This document shows, piece after piece, positions 46,650 to 55,158 of a DNA stretch of 64,000 bases (the stretch's first letter is position 1; every line of letters starts with the position of its first letter). The DNA is from Clostridia bacterium (GTDB lineage Bacteria > Bacillota > Clostridia > Oscillospirales > CAG-272): positions 828 through 64,827 of the forward strand of contig JAFTME010000107.1 in the NCBI GenBank assembly GCA_017452545.1. Direction: 5' to 3'. Made by a program: the position numbers and the translations under genes. The notes under the pieces were generated by a model. That model saw only the letters and a program-made list of their open reading frames with translations, was not told where the DNA came from and ran no database searches.

Positions 46650-47168
46650 TTATTTTTCACTCAGCACGATCGCCGTAACGATACCGTCGCGCAGCGACAG
46701 CGTCAGCACCGACGTCTCATCGCGGTAGACCAGCTTGCTCTCGGTCTGCTCGTCGGGCTCGCCCAGCGCCGCGACGGCGGCATCGGCAGCACCGCCGATG
46801 GTGACCCCCTTGATCGCCGCACCGTCATCGGTGTAGCAGACCGACGTCACGATCGCCTCCCCGCCCTCAGGTGCGAACACGTACAGCCGCAATGACGGAT
46901 AAGTGTAAACGTAGTCCTTACCGATGCCCGCACAGCTTGCTGCCTCCTGCATGGTATAATCGTCACCAAGTGCTCCCAACAGCGGCTCGACCGCATCTCC
47001 CGCAGCAATTTCGGTGCCGCGGAACGGCAGCGACAGCACCGCGCGCTCTCCTACCGGCGCATCGGGTGCCTCGGACGGACCGCAAGCGCAAAGCGCCGCC
47101 GCAAGCCCCATCATCACCGCCAGTACGACGGTCATACACTTAATCGACCTGTTCTTTTTCATGCTCAT
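46650..47168 (-). CDS. small lipoprotein, unknown function
   Basis: MSMKKNRSIKCMTVVLAVMMGLAAALCAC contains an LCAC lipobox. Overlaps the end of the SGNH gene. The start is ambiguous (47168 or 47162). Confidence 0.65.
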   Translation of the reverse strand: MSMKKNRSIKCMTVVLAVMMGLAAALCACGPSEAPDAPVGERAVLSLPFRGTEIAAGDAVEPLLGALGDDYTMQEAASCAGIGKDYVYTYPSLRLYVFAPEGGEAIVTSVCYTDDGAAIKGVTIGGAADAAVAALGEPDEQTESKLVYRDETSVLTLSLRDGIVTAIVLSEK

Positions 47169-48180
47169 AACGCTCTGTCCATCCTTTCCATTCATCAAGC
47201 AGTCGCCCGTCATCCCGCCTGTCGGGAGCGCCGTACTGCTGCAATATTTCTCCAAAATAATGCGCCGTTTTCTCCGCACCGTGTACGTTGAGGTGCATTC
47301 CGCCGTCGTAGGTGTCTGCGCTGTAATCCAGTCCGATCTCGTCGAACGCCTCCAAAAGATTGTAATACGGGATCTCCAGCCGCGCCGCCAGCGCCTCCGT
47401 CTGCGCCTCCCATTCCTCGTACCACGGGTACGCCCAGGAGTCGGTCGGTGCCTTGAGCAAGATCAGCTGCGCCCCGTTCTCGCGGCAGAGCAGCGCAATT
47501 TTTTCCAGATAATCGACCGCCCGCTCCCCCAAGGCAGGCTCAGTCAGCGGAAGTGCCCCCTCGTGATCGGGGCGCCCGTTTTCGTCGGGCAGAACGCCCG
47601 TCTGCATCAGATACCCCTGATAGGACACCGCCATCGGCGGCTCTGCCAGTAGCGTTACGTCGCGCCATGTCAACGTATCCCAACGGTCGTGGTAGCGCAG
47701 CAGCGGAAACAGATAAGAAAGCAAGCTCTCCCCCTGCGTCATGCTCGCAGACACGGCAGATAGCTTGGCACGCGAGAGCGGCAGACCGTCCAGCGCCATG
47801 CGGTTGTACGCCTCGTTTTGCGGCTCACTATAGCGCAGCGCGTAAGCCCCCAGCACGACGACCGACGGCTGCCCTACGGCAAAGGCGTGCTGCAGCATCG
47901 CATAGGAATGCCATAAAAGCTGCTGCGGCGAGCCGCAGGCATAGGCATTGATGCCGTATTCTTTCCACAGCGTAACGGTGGAAATGCTCTCGTAGATCTC
48001 GCAATCACCAAGGAAAATGACATCCTCCTCCGCGAACGCATCGACAAACTCACCGATCAGCGCCGCCTCGGGATTGGCAAGCGGATCATGCGGCACCAGC
48101 AGCGCCTGCCCCAAGGAAAGCAGAAGCCCCAGCAACAGTATAAACACGCAAGCAGCGACGATCACTCGTATTTTTTTCAA
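47140..48180 (-). CDS. membrane-anchored SGNH/GDSL-like hydrolase/acyltransferase (DltD-position gene)
   Basis: A TTG start at 48180 sits 9 nt after GGAGGA. N-terminal TM helix. Block I reads FLGDCE and block V reads DGGMHLNVHG. Confidence 0.7.
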   Translation of the reverse strand: MKKIRVIVAACVFILLLGLLLSLGQALLVPHDPLANPEAALIGEFVDAFAEEDVIFLGDCEIYESISTVTLWKEYGINAYACGSPQQLLWHSYAMLQHAFAVGQPSVVVLGAYALRYSEPQNEAYNRMALDGLPLSRAKLSAVSASMTQGESLLSYLFPLLRYHDRWDTLTWRDVTLLAEPPMAVSYQGYLMQTGVLPDENGRPDHEGALPLTEPALGERAVDYLEKIALLCRENGAQLILLKAPTDSWAYPWYEEWEAQTEALAARLEIPYYNLLEAFDEIGLDYSADTYDGGMHLNVHGAEKTAHYFGEILQQYGAPDRRDDGRLLDEWKGWTERYEHEKEQVD

Positions 48181-48229
48181 GCTGAGATTCCTCCTCTTCC
48201 AAAAATTGGCGAAAGCCACGAAAATAACA

Positions 48230-49855
48230 TCAGAATTGGTTGTAAATAAAATCCGACGCATCATAGCCGTAGCCGTATCGCCCGAAAATGACGATAACAA
48301 CCAGCATCAGCGCCATCAAAACGGCATAGAGCATCGGACGCCGTCCCAGCGCATCGCGGAACCGACCGCCCCAGCGCGGCGGAGTCTGCGCAGCAGCCCC
48401 CCATTTGACCTGAGCCACCTCGCCATCCTCCAGCGTCAAGCGCCCAACAACAGCCATCAGCAGCACGCCAAACGCCAGAAGCCACCACTGCCCCGACGAA
48501 AGTCCGAGCGATGACCACACCGTGCCGTCAAGCAACGCGCCATACTGCCGCAAATCAAAAAGACTTCCCCAAAGCGAAAAGGTCAGCGGTACGTCCCGAT
48601 AAACATCCAACGTCCGCAACAGCCCCACGATCAAAAAGGTGCGCACACAGCAAAGCAGACGATGCAGCTCGCCCTCATAATAATGAGGGAATTTTTTTCG
48701 CAGCGGCGCAAATACGCGCGCCAGCTGCTCTCCCAGGATCATTACAACGCCGTTGAGCAAGCCCCACAGTGCAAAGTTGAGCCCCGCCCCATGCCAGATG
48801 CCCGTCAGCAGCCAGGTCAGCAGCGTGGTCAGCCACACGGTGACCTGCGTTGCCCATCGCGCCCCCAGTACGTGGCGTAGTCGGGCGCTCACCCATTGTG
48901 CCGTTTTGGACAGCGACAGCGGATAAAATACGTAATCGGTAAAGAACGTGCTCATGGTAATGTGCCAGCGCCGCCAGTATTCTCCCACCGTCGTCGAGGC
49001 AAAGGGGTGCAGAAAATTCTCCCGTAACCGAATCCCCAGCATCTCCGAGCATCCGATAGCGATGTCCATTCCCCCGGTAAAATCACCGTAGATCTGCACC
49101 GTGTACAGCACCAGCAGCAACAGCACGCCAACACCGGAAAAGCGTTCCGGCGCCTGCATGATCGTTCCAACGGCAATCATGGCAGTATCCGCGATCACCA
49201 GCTTTTTGAGATACCCCCATACAACGCGCATCAATCCCGCGCTCACGCCCCCCGCATCAAAGCCGACGGGCGTGTACAGCGTCGCGGAAAGCTCTCCATA
49301 GCGGCTGATCGGACCCTGCACCAGCTGCGGAAAATAGCAGGAGAACAGGCAAAGACGGTAAAACGAGCGCTCACACGCCACTTTACCGCGGTAAACGTCC
49401 ACAACGTAAGTGATCAGCTGGAAGGTAAAGAAGGAAATACCCATCGGGAAGATCAGCGAGGAAAGTCGCGGCAACGTCCCCACGGCCTTCGCAACGGCAG
49501 GTGCAAATTTAAAGAAGGATAGTCCCAGCAGCAGTATCGCCACACCAAGCAGCATCCATCTCCGCTGCACCGCGCGGCTGCGACGGGAAAACGCCTTTCT
49601 TTGCTCCTCCGACCATTCTTCGTGCGCCGCGAGGCTCATCTTCTTTTGGTGCGCCACACGATCGATCTCCCGTGCCACAGCATAAGCCAGCACCGTCATC
49701 GACAAAATCAGCAGCACGTTGCGCCACCCGGAGAAGGCATAAAAAACGATGCTCCCGACAAACAGCAGCGGCTTTTGTGCGCACCGCGGCACCGTATAAT
49801 AAAGGAGGAGCAGACAACCAAAAAAGCACAAAAACGTCATACTGTGCAGCTGCAT
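48230..49855 (-). CDS. MBOAT-family membrane O-acyltransferase (DltB/AlgI-like)
   Basis: 541 aa, polytopic. Conserved His region WRRWHITMSTFFTDYVFYPL. Confidence 0.88.
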   Translation of the reverse strand: MQLHSMTFLCFFGCLLLLYYTVPRCAQKPLLFVGSIVFYAFSGWRNVLLILSMTVLAYAVAREIDRVAHQKKMSLAAHEEWSEEQRKAFSRRSRAVQRRWMLLGVAILLLGLSFFKFAPAVAKAVGTLPRLSSLIFPMGISFFTFQLITYVVDVYRGKVACERSFYRLCLFSCYFPQLVQGPISRYGELSATLYTPVGFDAGGVSAGLMRVVWGYLKKLVIADTAMIAVGTIMQAPERFSGVGVLLLLVLYTVQIYGDFTGGMDIAIGCSEMLGIRLRENFLHPFASTTVGEYWRRWHITMSTFFTDYVFYPLSLSKTAQWVSARLRHVLGARWATQVTVWLTTLLTWLLTGIWHGAGLNFALWGLLNGVVMILGEQLARVFAPLRKKFPHYYEGELHRLLCCVRTFLIVGLLRTLDVYRDVPLTFSLWGSLFDLRQYGALLDGTVWSSLGLSSGQWWLLAFGVLLMAVVGRLTLEDGEVAQVKWGAAAQTPPRWGGRFRDALGRRPMLYAVLMALMLVVIVIFGRYGYGYDASDFIYNQF

Positions 49856-49892
49856 GTCTTCCCTCCTCCCTTTTGTTTTTTATTATTTCTGC

Positions 49893-50120
49893 TTAACAGT
49901 CCTGCATCCGCTCAACCAAAGCAAATATCGCCTCGGCGGAATTGAAATTGGTCGGCAGAATTTCCTCTACCGGAATGGAGATTTCAAACGCCTCGTTGAG
50001 CTCCATGATCAGTGTCACCACATCCAGCGAGGTCAGAATACCATCGTCAACAAGACCGTACGCATTGGCAGCATCGATCTCGGGATGCAGACGCTTCAAA
50101 AGATTGATAACGATTTCCAT
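49893..50120 (-). CDS. acyl/D-alanyl carrier protein (DltC-like)
   Basis: 75 aa. Putative phosphopantetheine-attachment Ser in DDGILTSLDVVTLI. The start lies 2 nt after the stop of the adenylating-enzyme gene. Confidence 0.8.
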   Translation of the reverse strand: MEIVINLLKRLHPEIDAANAYGLVDDGILTSLDVVTLIMELNEAFEISIPVEEILPTNFNSAEAIFALVERMQDC

Positions 50121-50122
50121 AA

Positions 50123-51673
50123 TCAGATCGGTTCCTTTTTCAATAATAGTGCCACCGCCTCCGCAAGCAGCTCACGGCGGTTCATCTTGCCGTTGGCAGT
50201 CTTGGGCAGCGATTGCTTTTGAATGATGCTCCGCGGCATCATATACGGCGCCAGTACCTCACCAAGCGCCGCACGCAACGTGTCCGCCGCCTCGCTGCCC
50301 GCATAGAACAGCACCAGCGCACGTACCTCCGCCACGTAAACGCAGCACGCCTGCGCGATCGTATCGCAGCGCATGGCAGCCGCCTCGATCTCGCCCGGCT
50401 CTACGCGATGCCCCTGAATTTTGATCTGTGCATCACGTCTGCCGAGAAAGATCAGCTCACCGTGCCCGTTGTATTGCGCCATATCCCCCGTGCGGTAAAC
50501 CGTCTCGGGATACGCATCGTTGAGCGGGTTTTGCACAAAAGCCGCCGCCGTTTCCTCCTGCGCATGGTCATAGCCAAGCGTCACGCAGCTGCCGCGCAGA
50601 TAGATCTCTCCTGCCTCGCTGCTCTCACCGTCACGCGGCAAAATCCGCGTCCCTCCCTCCGAGAGCAGCAGCACGTCGGTGTTGTCCAGCGGCGCTCCGA
50701 TGGGAATTTTTTCATCCGGCTCCAGCGCACGGTCAGCACGCCAAACGCAGGACATTCCCGTTGCCTCGGTCGGACCGTACAACTGATAAAAAACGGCATC
50801 AGGCAACGCAGCCCGCCAGCGGTCGTAATGCGAGCGTGGAAACACCTCGCTGCCAAAGACCACCGTTTTGAGTGTCGTAGGCGGATATTTTTCCAACGCG
50901 CCCAGCGCCGAGATCTGCAAAAATGCAGAAACCACCCAGCAAACGGTGTTGATCTGCTGTTCCCGCAAATAGGTCAGCAGCTGCATGGGAAATGCAAACG
51001 CCGTGCGCGGGATCAGATACGTCGTCGCTCCCGCCACCAGCGTGGATAAGATCTCCTTGAGCGGCGCATCAAAATACAGCGGCGATTGGCAACCAAAAAC
51101 CGATGCCTGCGACACACCGAGTGCCGGCAGCAGCGCCTCAGCGTAATCGATCACCGAGCGATGACACGCCACAACACCCTTGGGGCGCCCCGTCGAGCCG
51201 GAGGTAAATACCATATAGATCGGATCGGTGTCGATCTGTCGCGTACGCACAAGTGCAAGTGCCGTCTCGTCAATCTCTGCCGCTCTCAATGTTTCAATAT
51301 CAACGACAGGCAGCGACAGCCCCTGCGCTCGCGCAGCATTTTTTGCGTCGCAGATCACAAGCGATACCCCCGCGCGCGCGACAATATCGATGATCCGCGC
51401 CTCGGGCATGGAAGCATCCAGTACGACGTAGCACCCACCGGCTGCGATCACGCCCAGCATCGCCGCGATCGTCGAGGGGTGGCGATCCATGAAAACGGCG
51501 ATCCGCGCCCCTTGCCCACCACGGGAGAGAAGCGAACTGCCAATGCGCCGCGTCGCAGACAATAGCGCCGAAAAGCTCAACGCCTCGCCGCCGTTACCGT
51601 CCGAAAAAGCCGTTTTGTCGGGCAAACGCGCAGCCGTCGCCTCTAAATATTGCAATATATTCTTGATACGCAT
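50123..51673 (-). CDS. adenylate-forming enzyme (DltA-like carrier-protein ligase)
   Basis: 516 aa with motifs FTSGSTGRPKGV, YGPTE, YRTGD, GRRDAQIKIQGHRVE and the terminal NGK. Confidence 0.88.
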   Translation of the reverse strand: MRIKNILQYLEATAARLPDKTAFSDGNGGEALSFSALLSATRRIGSSLLSRGGQGARIAVFMDRHPSTIAAMLGVIAAGGCYVVLDASMPEARIIDIVARAGVSLVICDAKNAARAQGLSLPVVDIETLRAAEIDETALALVRTRQIDTDPIYMVFTSGSTGRPKGVVACHRSVIDYAEALLPALGVSQASVFGCQSPLYFDAPLKEILSTLVAGATTYLIPRTAFAFPMQLLTYLREQQINTVCWVVSAFLQISALGALEKYPPTTLKTVVFGSEVFPRSHYDRWRAALPDAVFYQLYGPTEATGMSCVWRADRALEPDEKIPIGAPLDNTDVLLLSEGGTRILPRDGESSEAGEIYLRGSCVTLGYDHAQEETAAAFVQNPLNDAYPETVYRTGDMAQYNGHGELIFLGRRDAQIKIQGHRVEPGEIEAAAMRCDTIAQACCVYVAEVRALVLFYAGSEAADTLRAALGEVLAPYMMPRSIIQKQSLPKTANGKMNRRELLAEAVALLLKKEPI

Positions 51674-51686
51674 CCCGTCACCTCGC

Positions 51687-52778
51687 TCATTCGGTAATGC
51701 CCAGCTCGGGCGTGGGCGTAATCACCCGGCTCTCAACCGCGGGATACCCCGTGTGATCATAGCTGTAAAAGTGCGGACGAACCGCATTGTACGCCAAAAT
51801 TTGCGCCTCCGTCAAAAGGCAGCCACTGTGCTGATAGCCGTCGTGACGCAGCTCGGTCGTGTCAAAATAATACCACCGCTCACGCTCGCCATCCTCGGCA
51901 ATGTTGACCATCAGAAAATAGTGCGTGTCCTCGGTCAAGCCGTCCTGCCGCTGGATTTCGCGGTAAGGAATGCCCAGTCGGTGCAAAAGCGCCTTGGCGG
52001 CTGAAAAATACGAGTGACAATCCCCGCTTCCCCGTACAAACAGCGAGGTGTAAGCGTTTCTCACCCAGTCGGATTTGTCCGAATCCGCCGTGTACGTCAT
52101 CGACGCCTGAACGCAATCATAAATACTGCGGCATTGCTGCTCGCGTGTCATACCGGGGGTAACCAAGCGTAAGAGCAGCGCGTCCACCTGCTCCCACAGC
52201 ATATCCTCGGTCACCGCCAGCGAATAAATATATACGTTTACCGTTTTTTGTGCCCTGTTGCCCACCGCATCCGTTGCCGTATACACCACGGGATATACCC
52301 CCTCGCGAGTCGTATCCACCGCAGAGGAATCGACCGTGATCTCACAAGCACCGTAGCAGTTGTCCTCCGCGCTCACACCGGCGCGCAGAACCAACCCCTC
52401 GCCACACAAGGCGGAGCGGTCGGTCACACCATGCAGCACGGGGGGCGTATGATCATAAATACAGGAGGCACGGGCAGCAATCTCTCGTGTCCGTCCATCC
52501 GCAGCCGTCAGTACCAGCCTGACCGTCTGCTCACCGAGCGCGCTCTGATCGATCTCTGCAGCGTACGACACGGAAATACCCGAGATCGTGGCAAGCACGC
52601 GCGCCTCCGCCGTCAAAAAGGCAGATGCCTCGGGGATCTCCCCATTGACAGCAATCACCTGCTCGCACGTCGGATCCTCGGAAAAAATGGCAAACGGATC
52701 GCCCTTCGGCCGCTCGGCACACGCCGTCAGCACGCAAAGCAGCACCGCCAGCACAAGCATTTTGTAAAAATATCTCAT
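51687..52778 (-). CDS. lipoprotein with an Ig-like (DUF5011-type) domain and a transglutaminase-like cysteine-protease core
   Basis: I choose the start at MRYFYKMLVLAVLLCVLTAC, which carries a lipobox. GVYPVVYTATDAVGN is Ig-like. GDCHSY with downstream H and D resembles a transglutaminase core. Confidence 0.7.
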   Translation of the reverse strand: MRYFYKMLVLAVLLCVLTACAERPKGDPFAIFSEDPTCEQVIAVNGEIPEASAFLTAEARVLATISGISVSYAAEIDQSALGEQTVRLVLTAADGRTREIAARASCIYDHTPPVLHGVTDRSALCGEGLVLRAGVSAEDNCYGACEITVDSSAVDTTREGVYPVVYTATDAVGNRAQKTVNVYIYSLAVTEDMLWEQVDALLLRLVTPGMTREQQCRSIYDCVQASMTYTADSDKSDWVRNAYTSLFVRGSGDCHSYFSAAKALLHRLGIPYREIQRQDGLTEDTHYFLMVNIAEDGERERWYYFDTTELRHDGYQHSGCLLTEAQILAYNAVRPHFYSYDHTGYPAVESRVITPTPELGITE

Positions 52779-52847
52779 AGCATCAAAAAAACGGTACAAT
52801 GCAAAAAGAGGATGTGACAACGTCACACCCTCATTCTGCAAACAGAA

Positions 52848-53126
52848 TCACTCAGCGTATACGCTGACCTGCTTCTTGCTCTTGGTCTTCTGCTCGAACT
52901 TAACCTTACCGTCAATCAGAGCGAACAGAGTGTCATCGGAACCGATACCAACGTTGTTACCGGGATGCACTGCAGTGCCTCTCTGTCTGATGATAATATT
53001 GCCGGCTACTACTCTCTGACCGTCAGCCTTCTTAACGCCAAGGCGCTTAGATTCACTGTCGCGGCCGTTCTTGGTAGAACCTACACCCTTCTTGTGAGCA
53101 AAGAACTGTAAACTGAGCTTCAACAT
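52848..53126 (-). CDS. rpmA: 50S ribosomal protein L27 (with N-terminal propeptide)
   Basis: Start at [24 protein letters not shown] with an AGGAGG SD. The track ORF is over-extended. Confidence 0.95.
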   Translation of the reverse strand: MLKLSLQFFAHKKGVGSTKNGRDSESKRLGVKKADGQRVVAGNIIIRQRGTAVHPGNNVGIGSDDTLFALIDGKVKFEQKTKSKKQVSVYAE

Positions 53127-53187
53127 TATTATTTCCTCCTTTGATTTGTTTCGCTTTCCCACGGAAAGCGCGCGACGGAGTCGGTCA

Positions 53188-53550
53188 TCATTTCCCGAAC
53201 GGGACGTCCTCGACCTCGACCTCAAGGAAATCGTAATACTCTTCCGTCAGGTCGTTCAGCTGATAAAAATATCCTTGGATCAAACCCGAGACCGCATAGC
53301 TCTTACGCTCGTCCGGCTCGTACTCAGGGAGTGCAGCGCGGCAGCGAACGCGGATATTGGTCGCGCCCTCATCGATCTCGTAATCGATGTCGGCAGCGTA
53401 GGAAATCTCCAGCGTATTGATGATCAGCATGGTCATAGCACTCAGGGCCGCGCAAAGAATATCGTTTCCGGACTCGCCGAACCCCGTATGTCCCTGCTCC
53501 TCAAACCCATAAAAATGACCGTTTTCTCGGAAAAACACAATTTTCGTCAT
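53188..53550 (-). CDS. prp: ribosomal-processing cysteine protease Prp
   Basis: 120 aa. Has GH..G......D..CAA.S motifs. Located between rplU and rpmA. Confidence 0.9.
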   Translation of the reverse strand: MTKIVFFRENGHFYGFEEQGHTGFGESGNDILCAALSAMTMLIINTLEISYAADIDYEIDEGATNIRVRCRAALPEYEPDERKSYAVSGLIQGYFYQLNDLTEEYYDFLEVEVEDVPFGK

Positions 53551-53578
53551 GATGTCAAATCATGCGGGCATCCCGAAC

Positions 53579-53890
53579 TCAAGCCTCGATCTTAACGATC
53601 TGAACCTTCGTGTAGGGCTGTCTGTGACCCATCTTCTTCTTCTCGTTCTTCTTGGACTTGTACTTGAATACGACAACCTTCTTGTTCTTGCCGTTCTTCA
53701 GAACCTTTGCGGTTACCTTAGCGCCATCCAGCACGGGAGCACCTGCCTTGAAGCCGTTGTCGTCAGAGAGAGCAACAACCTGATCGAAGACGATTTCGTC
53801 TCCTTCATTGACATTGAGCTTTTCGACAAAAATAATGTCCTGCTCGATTACCTTGTACTGCTTTCCGCCGGTTTCGATGATTGCAAACAC
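53579..53890 (-). CDS. rplU: 50S ribosomal protein L21
   Basis: A GTG start gives (M)[13 protein letters not shown] and is preceded by GAGGTG. The track start at 53899 lacks an SD. Confidence 0.92.
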   Translation of the reverse strand: MFAIIETGGKQYKVIEQDIIFVEKLNVNEGDEIVFDQVVALSDDNGFKAGAPVLDGAKVTAKVLKNGKNKKVVVFKYKSKKNEKKKMGHRQPYTKVQIVKIEA

Positions 53891-53972
53891 GAAAAGCACC
53901 TCACTTTCATATAAGACTCGCTAACTCTTGGGGAGAGCTTTCGAGCTCTTCTTGCATCCCAACATTATGCGG
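53891..53972 (-). promoter_or_regulatory. 5' leader of rplU (possible L21-leader type autoregulatory RNA)
   Basis: An ~80-nt leader lies between the strong promoter and rplU and contains the AGAGCTCGAAAGCTCT hairpin. The class assignment is not verified. Confidence 0.3.
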
Positions 53973-53978
53973 CAGTAT

Positions 53979-54007
53979 ATTGTATCATAAAGCAACCCCT
54001 TTGTCAA
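53979..54007 (-). promoter_or_regulatory. sigma-A promoter of rplU-prp-rpmA
   Basis: On the minus strand: TTGACA, 17-nt spacer, TACAAT. Confidence 0.7.
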
Positions 54008-54147
54008 GAGCTTTTTATAAAAAAATCAAAATATTTCCGCATAATATTTCTTAATATTACACGTAACGCCTTGCTTTCACAAGAAAGTTATGTTATAATA
54101 AATAAAGTATATTTACTTCGAACCATCCTACTCAAAGGAGACCCGAA

Positions 54148-54921
54148 ATGAAGGATTTTTTGCACTATTTCTTCGGCAAAGGTGAAGAGGTGGAGTTTGA
54201 AAATTTCACCCTTGCTCACGCCGCCCCCATTTTGATTGCTGCGCTGATCGTCTTTCTGATTTACCGCTACCGTGACGCACTTCTCGCAAGTAAGCACGAC
54301 GGTAAGATCCGCTTTGCGCTGGCACTTGCCCTGATCATCACCGAAATGTCTTATTATTGGCGTCTTGTCGGCATGCCCTCCCTCGGTCCCAACCCCATTG
54401 ATCACCTTCCCATCTCCGTCTGCGGCTGGGCAGTCATCTTCAGCAGCTATATGCTGGTCACCAAATCGCAAAAGCTGTATGACATCGCCTATTTCTGGCT
54501 GTTTGCCTGCACCATTTTCGCCCTCATCACCCCGACCGTCATTACCTATACCGGTCCCACCCGCTTCCGCTACTATCAGTTCTGGCTGGAGCATACGCTG
54601 GGCTATCTCGCCGTCTTCTATATGACCTTCGTGCATAAGATGCGCCCGACCGTCAAATCTGCGGTACGCGCCTACGCCTGGCTGGTCGTCCTTGCCGTCA
54701 TTGCCTATTTCTCCAACCAAATTCTCGGCCCCGGCGCAAATTACCTCTATATGGCACGCCCCGAGGATACCCCCTCCATCCTGGATATCCTCCCTCCGAA
54801 CTTCGCCCTTCGCCTGCTCATCATGGGTGCCGTCATCACGCTGCTCTTCTTCCTGTCTTACCTCCCCTGGTACATCAAGGATCGAAAAGCAAAAAAACGC
54901 GCCGCCACATCGGCCGAATAA
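54148..54921 (+). CDS. YwaF/TIGR02206-like integral membrane protein
   Basis: 257 aa, 7-8 hydrophobic helices. AAGGAG SD. Confidence 0.7.
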   Translation: MKDFLHYFFGKGEEVEFENFTLAHAAPILIAALIVFLIYRYRDALLASKHDGKIRFALALALIITEMSYYWRLVGMPSLGPNPIDHLPISVCGWAVIFSSYMLVTKSQKLYDIAYFWLFACTIFALITPTVITYTGPTRFRYYQFWLEHTLGYLAVFYMTFVHKMRPTVKSAVRAYAWLVVLAVIAYFSNQILGPGANYLYMARPEDTPSILDILPPNFALRLLIMGAVITLLFFLSYLPWYIKDRKAKKRAATSAE

Positions 54922-54979
54922 GATCAAACAACGGGCTCCTCGCATCAAAACGAGCTGCCCGTTTCTTTTTGTAAAACCA

Positions 54980-55008
54980 CTTGCAATCTTGCTCATAATG
55001 TGGTATAA
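54980..55008 (+). promoter_or_regulatory. sigma-A promoter of tRNA-Arg
   Basis: TTGCAA, 17-nt spacer, TATAAT, ending about 9 nt before the tRNA. Confidence 0.6.
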
Positions 55009-55017
55009 TATCCTCAC

Positions 55018-55092
55018 GCCTGCATAGTTAAATGGATATAACAAGCCCCTCCTAAGGGTTAGTTGTGGGTTCGATTCCCGCTGTGGGTGCCA
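55018..55092 (+). tRNA. tRNA-Arg (anticodon CCT), CCA encoded
   Basis: Manual fold. D-arm GTTA-AATGGATA-TAAC, anticodon loop CTCCTAA, T-arm GTGGG-TTCGATT-CCCGC. The acceptor GCCTGCA/TGTGGGT has three G-U pairs. Confidence 0.8.
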
Positions 55093-55120
55093 AAGCCTCT
55101 TGCTCCCGCAAGAGGCTTTT
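55093..55120 (+). terminator. terminator after tRNA-Arg
   Basis: AAGCCTCTTGC-TCCC-GCAAGAGGCTT followed by TT. Confidence 0.8.
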
Positions 55121-55158
55121 CTGCATTAAAAGTTTTTATCATCTGAAAGGAAACCGCT

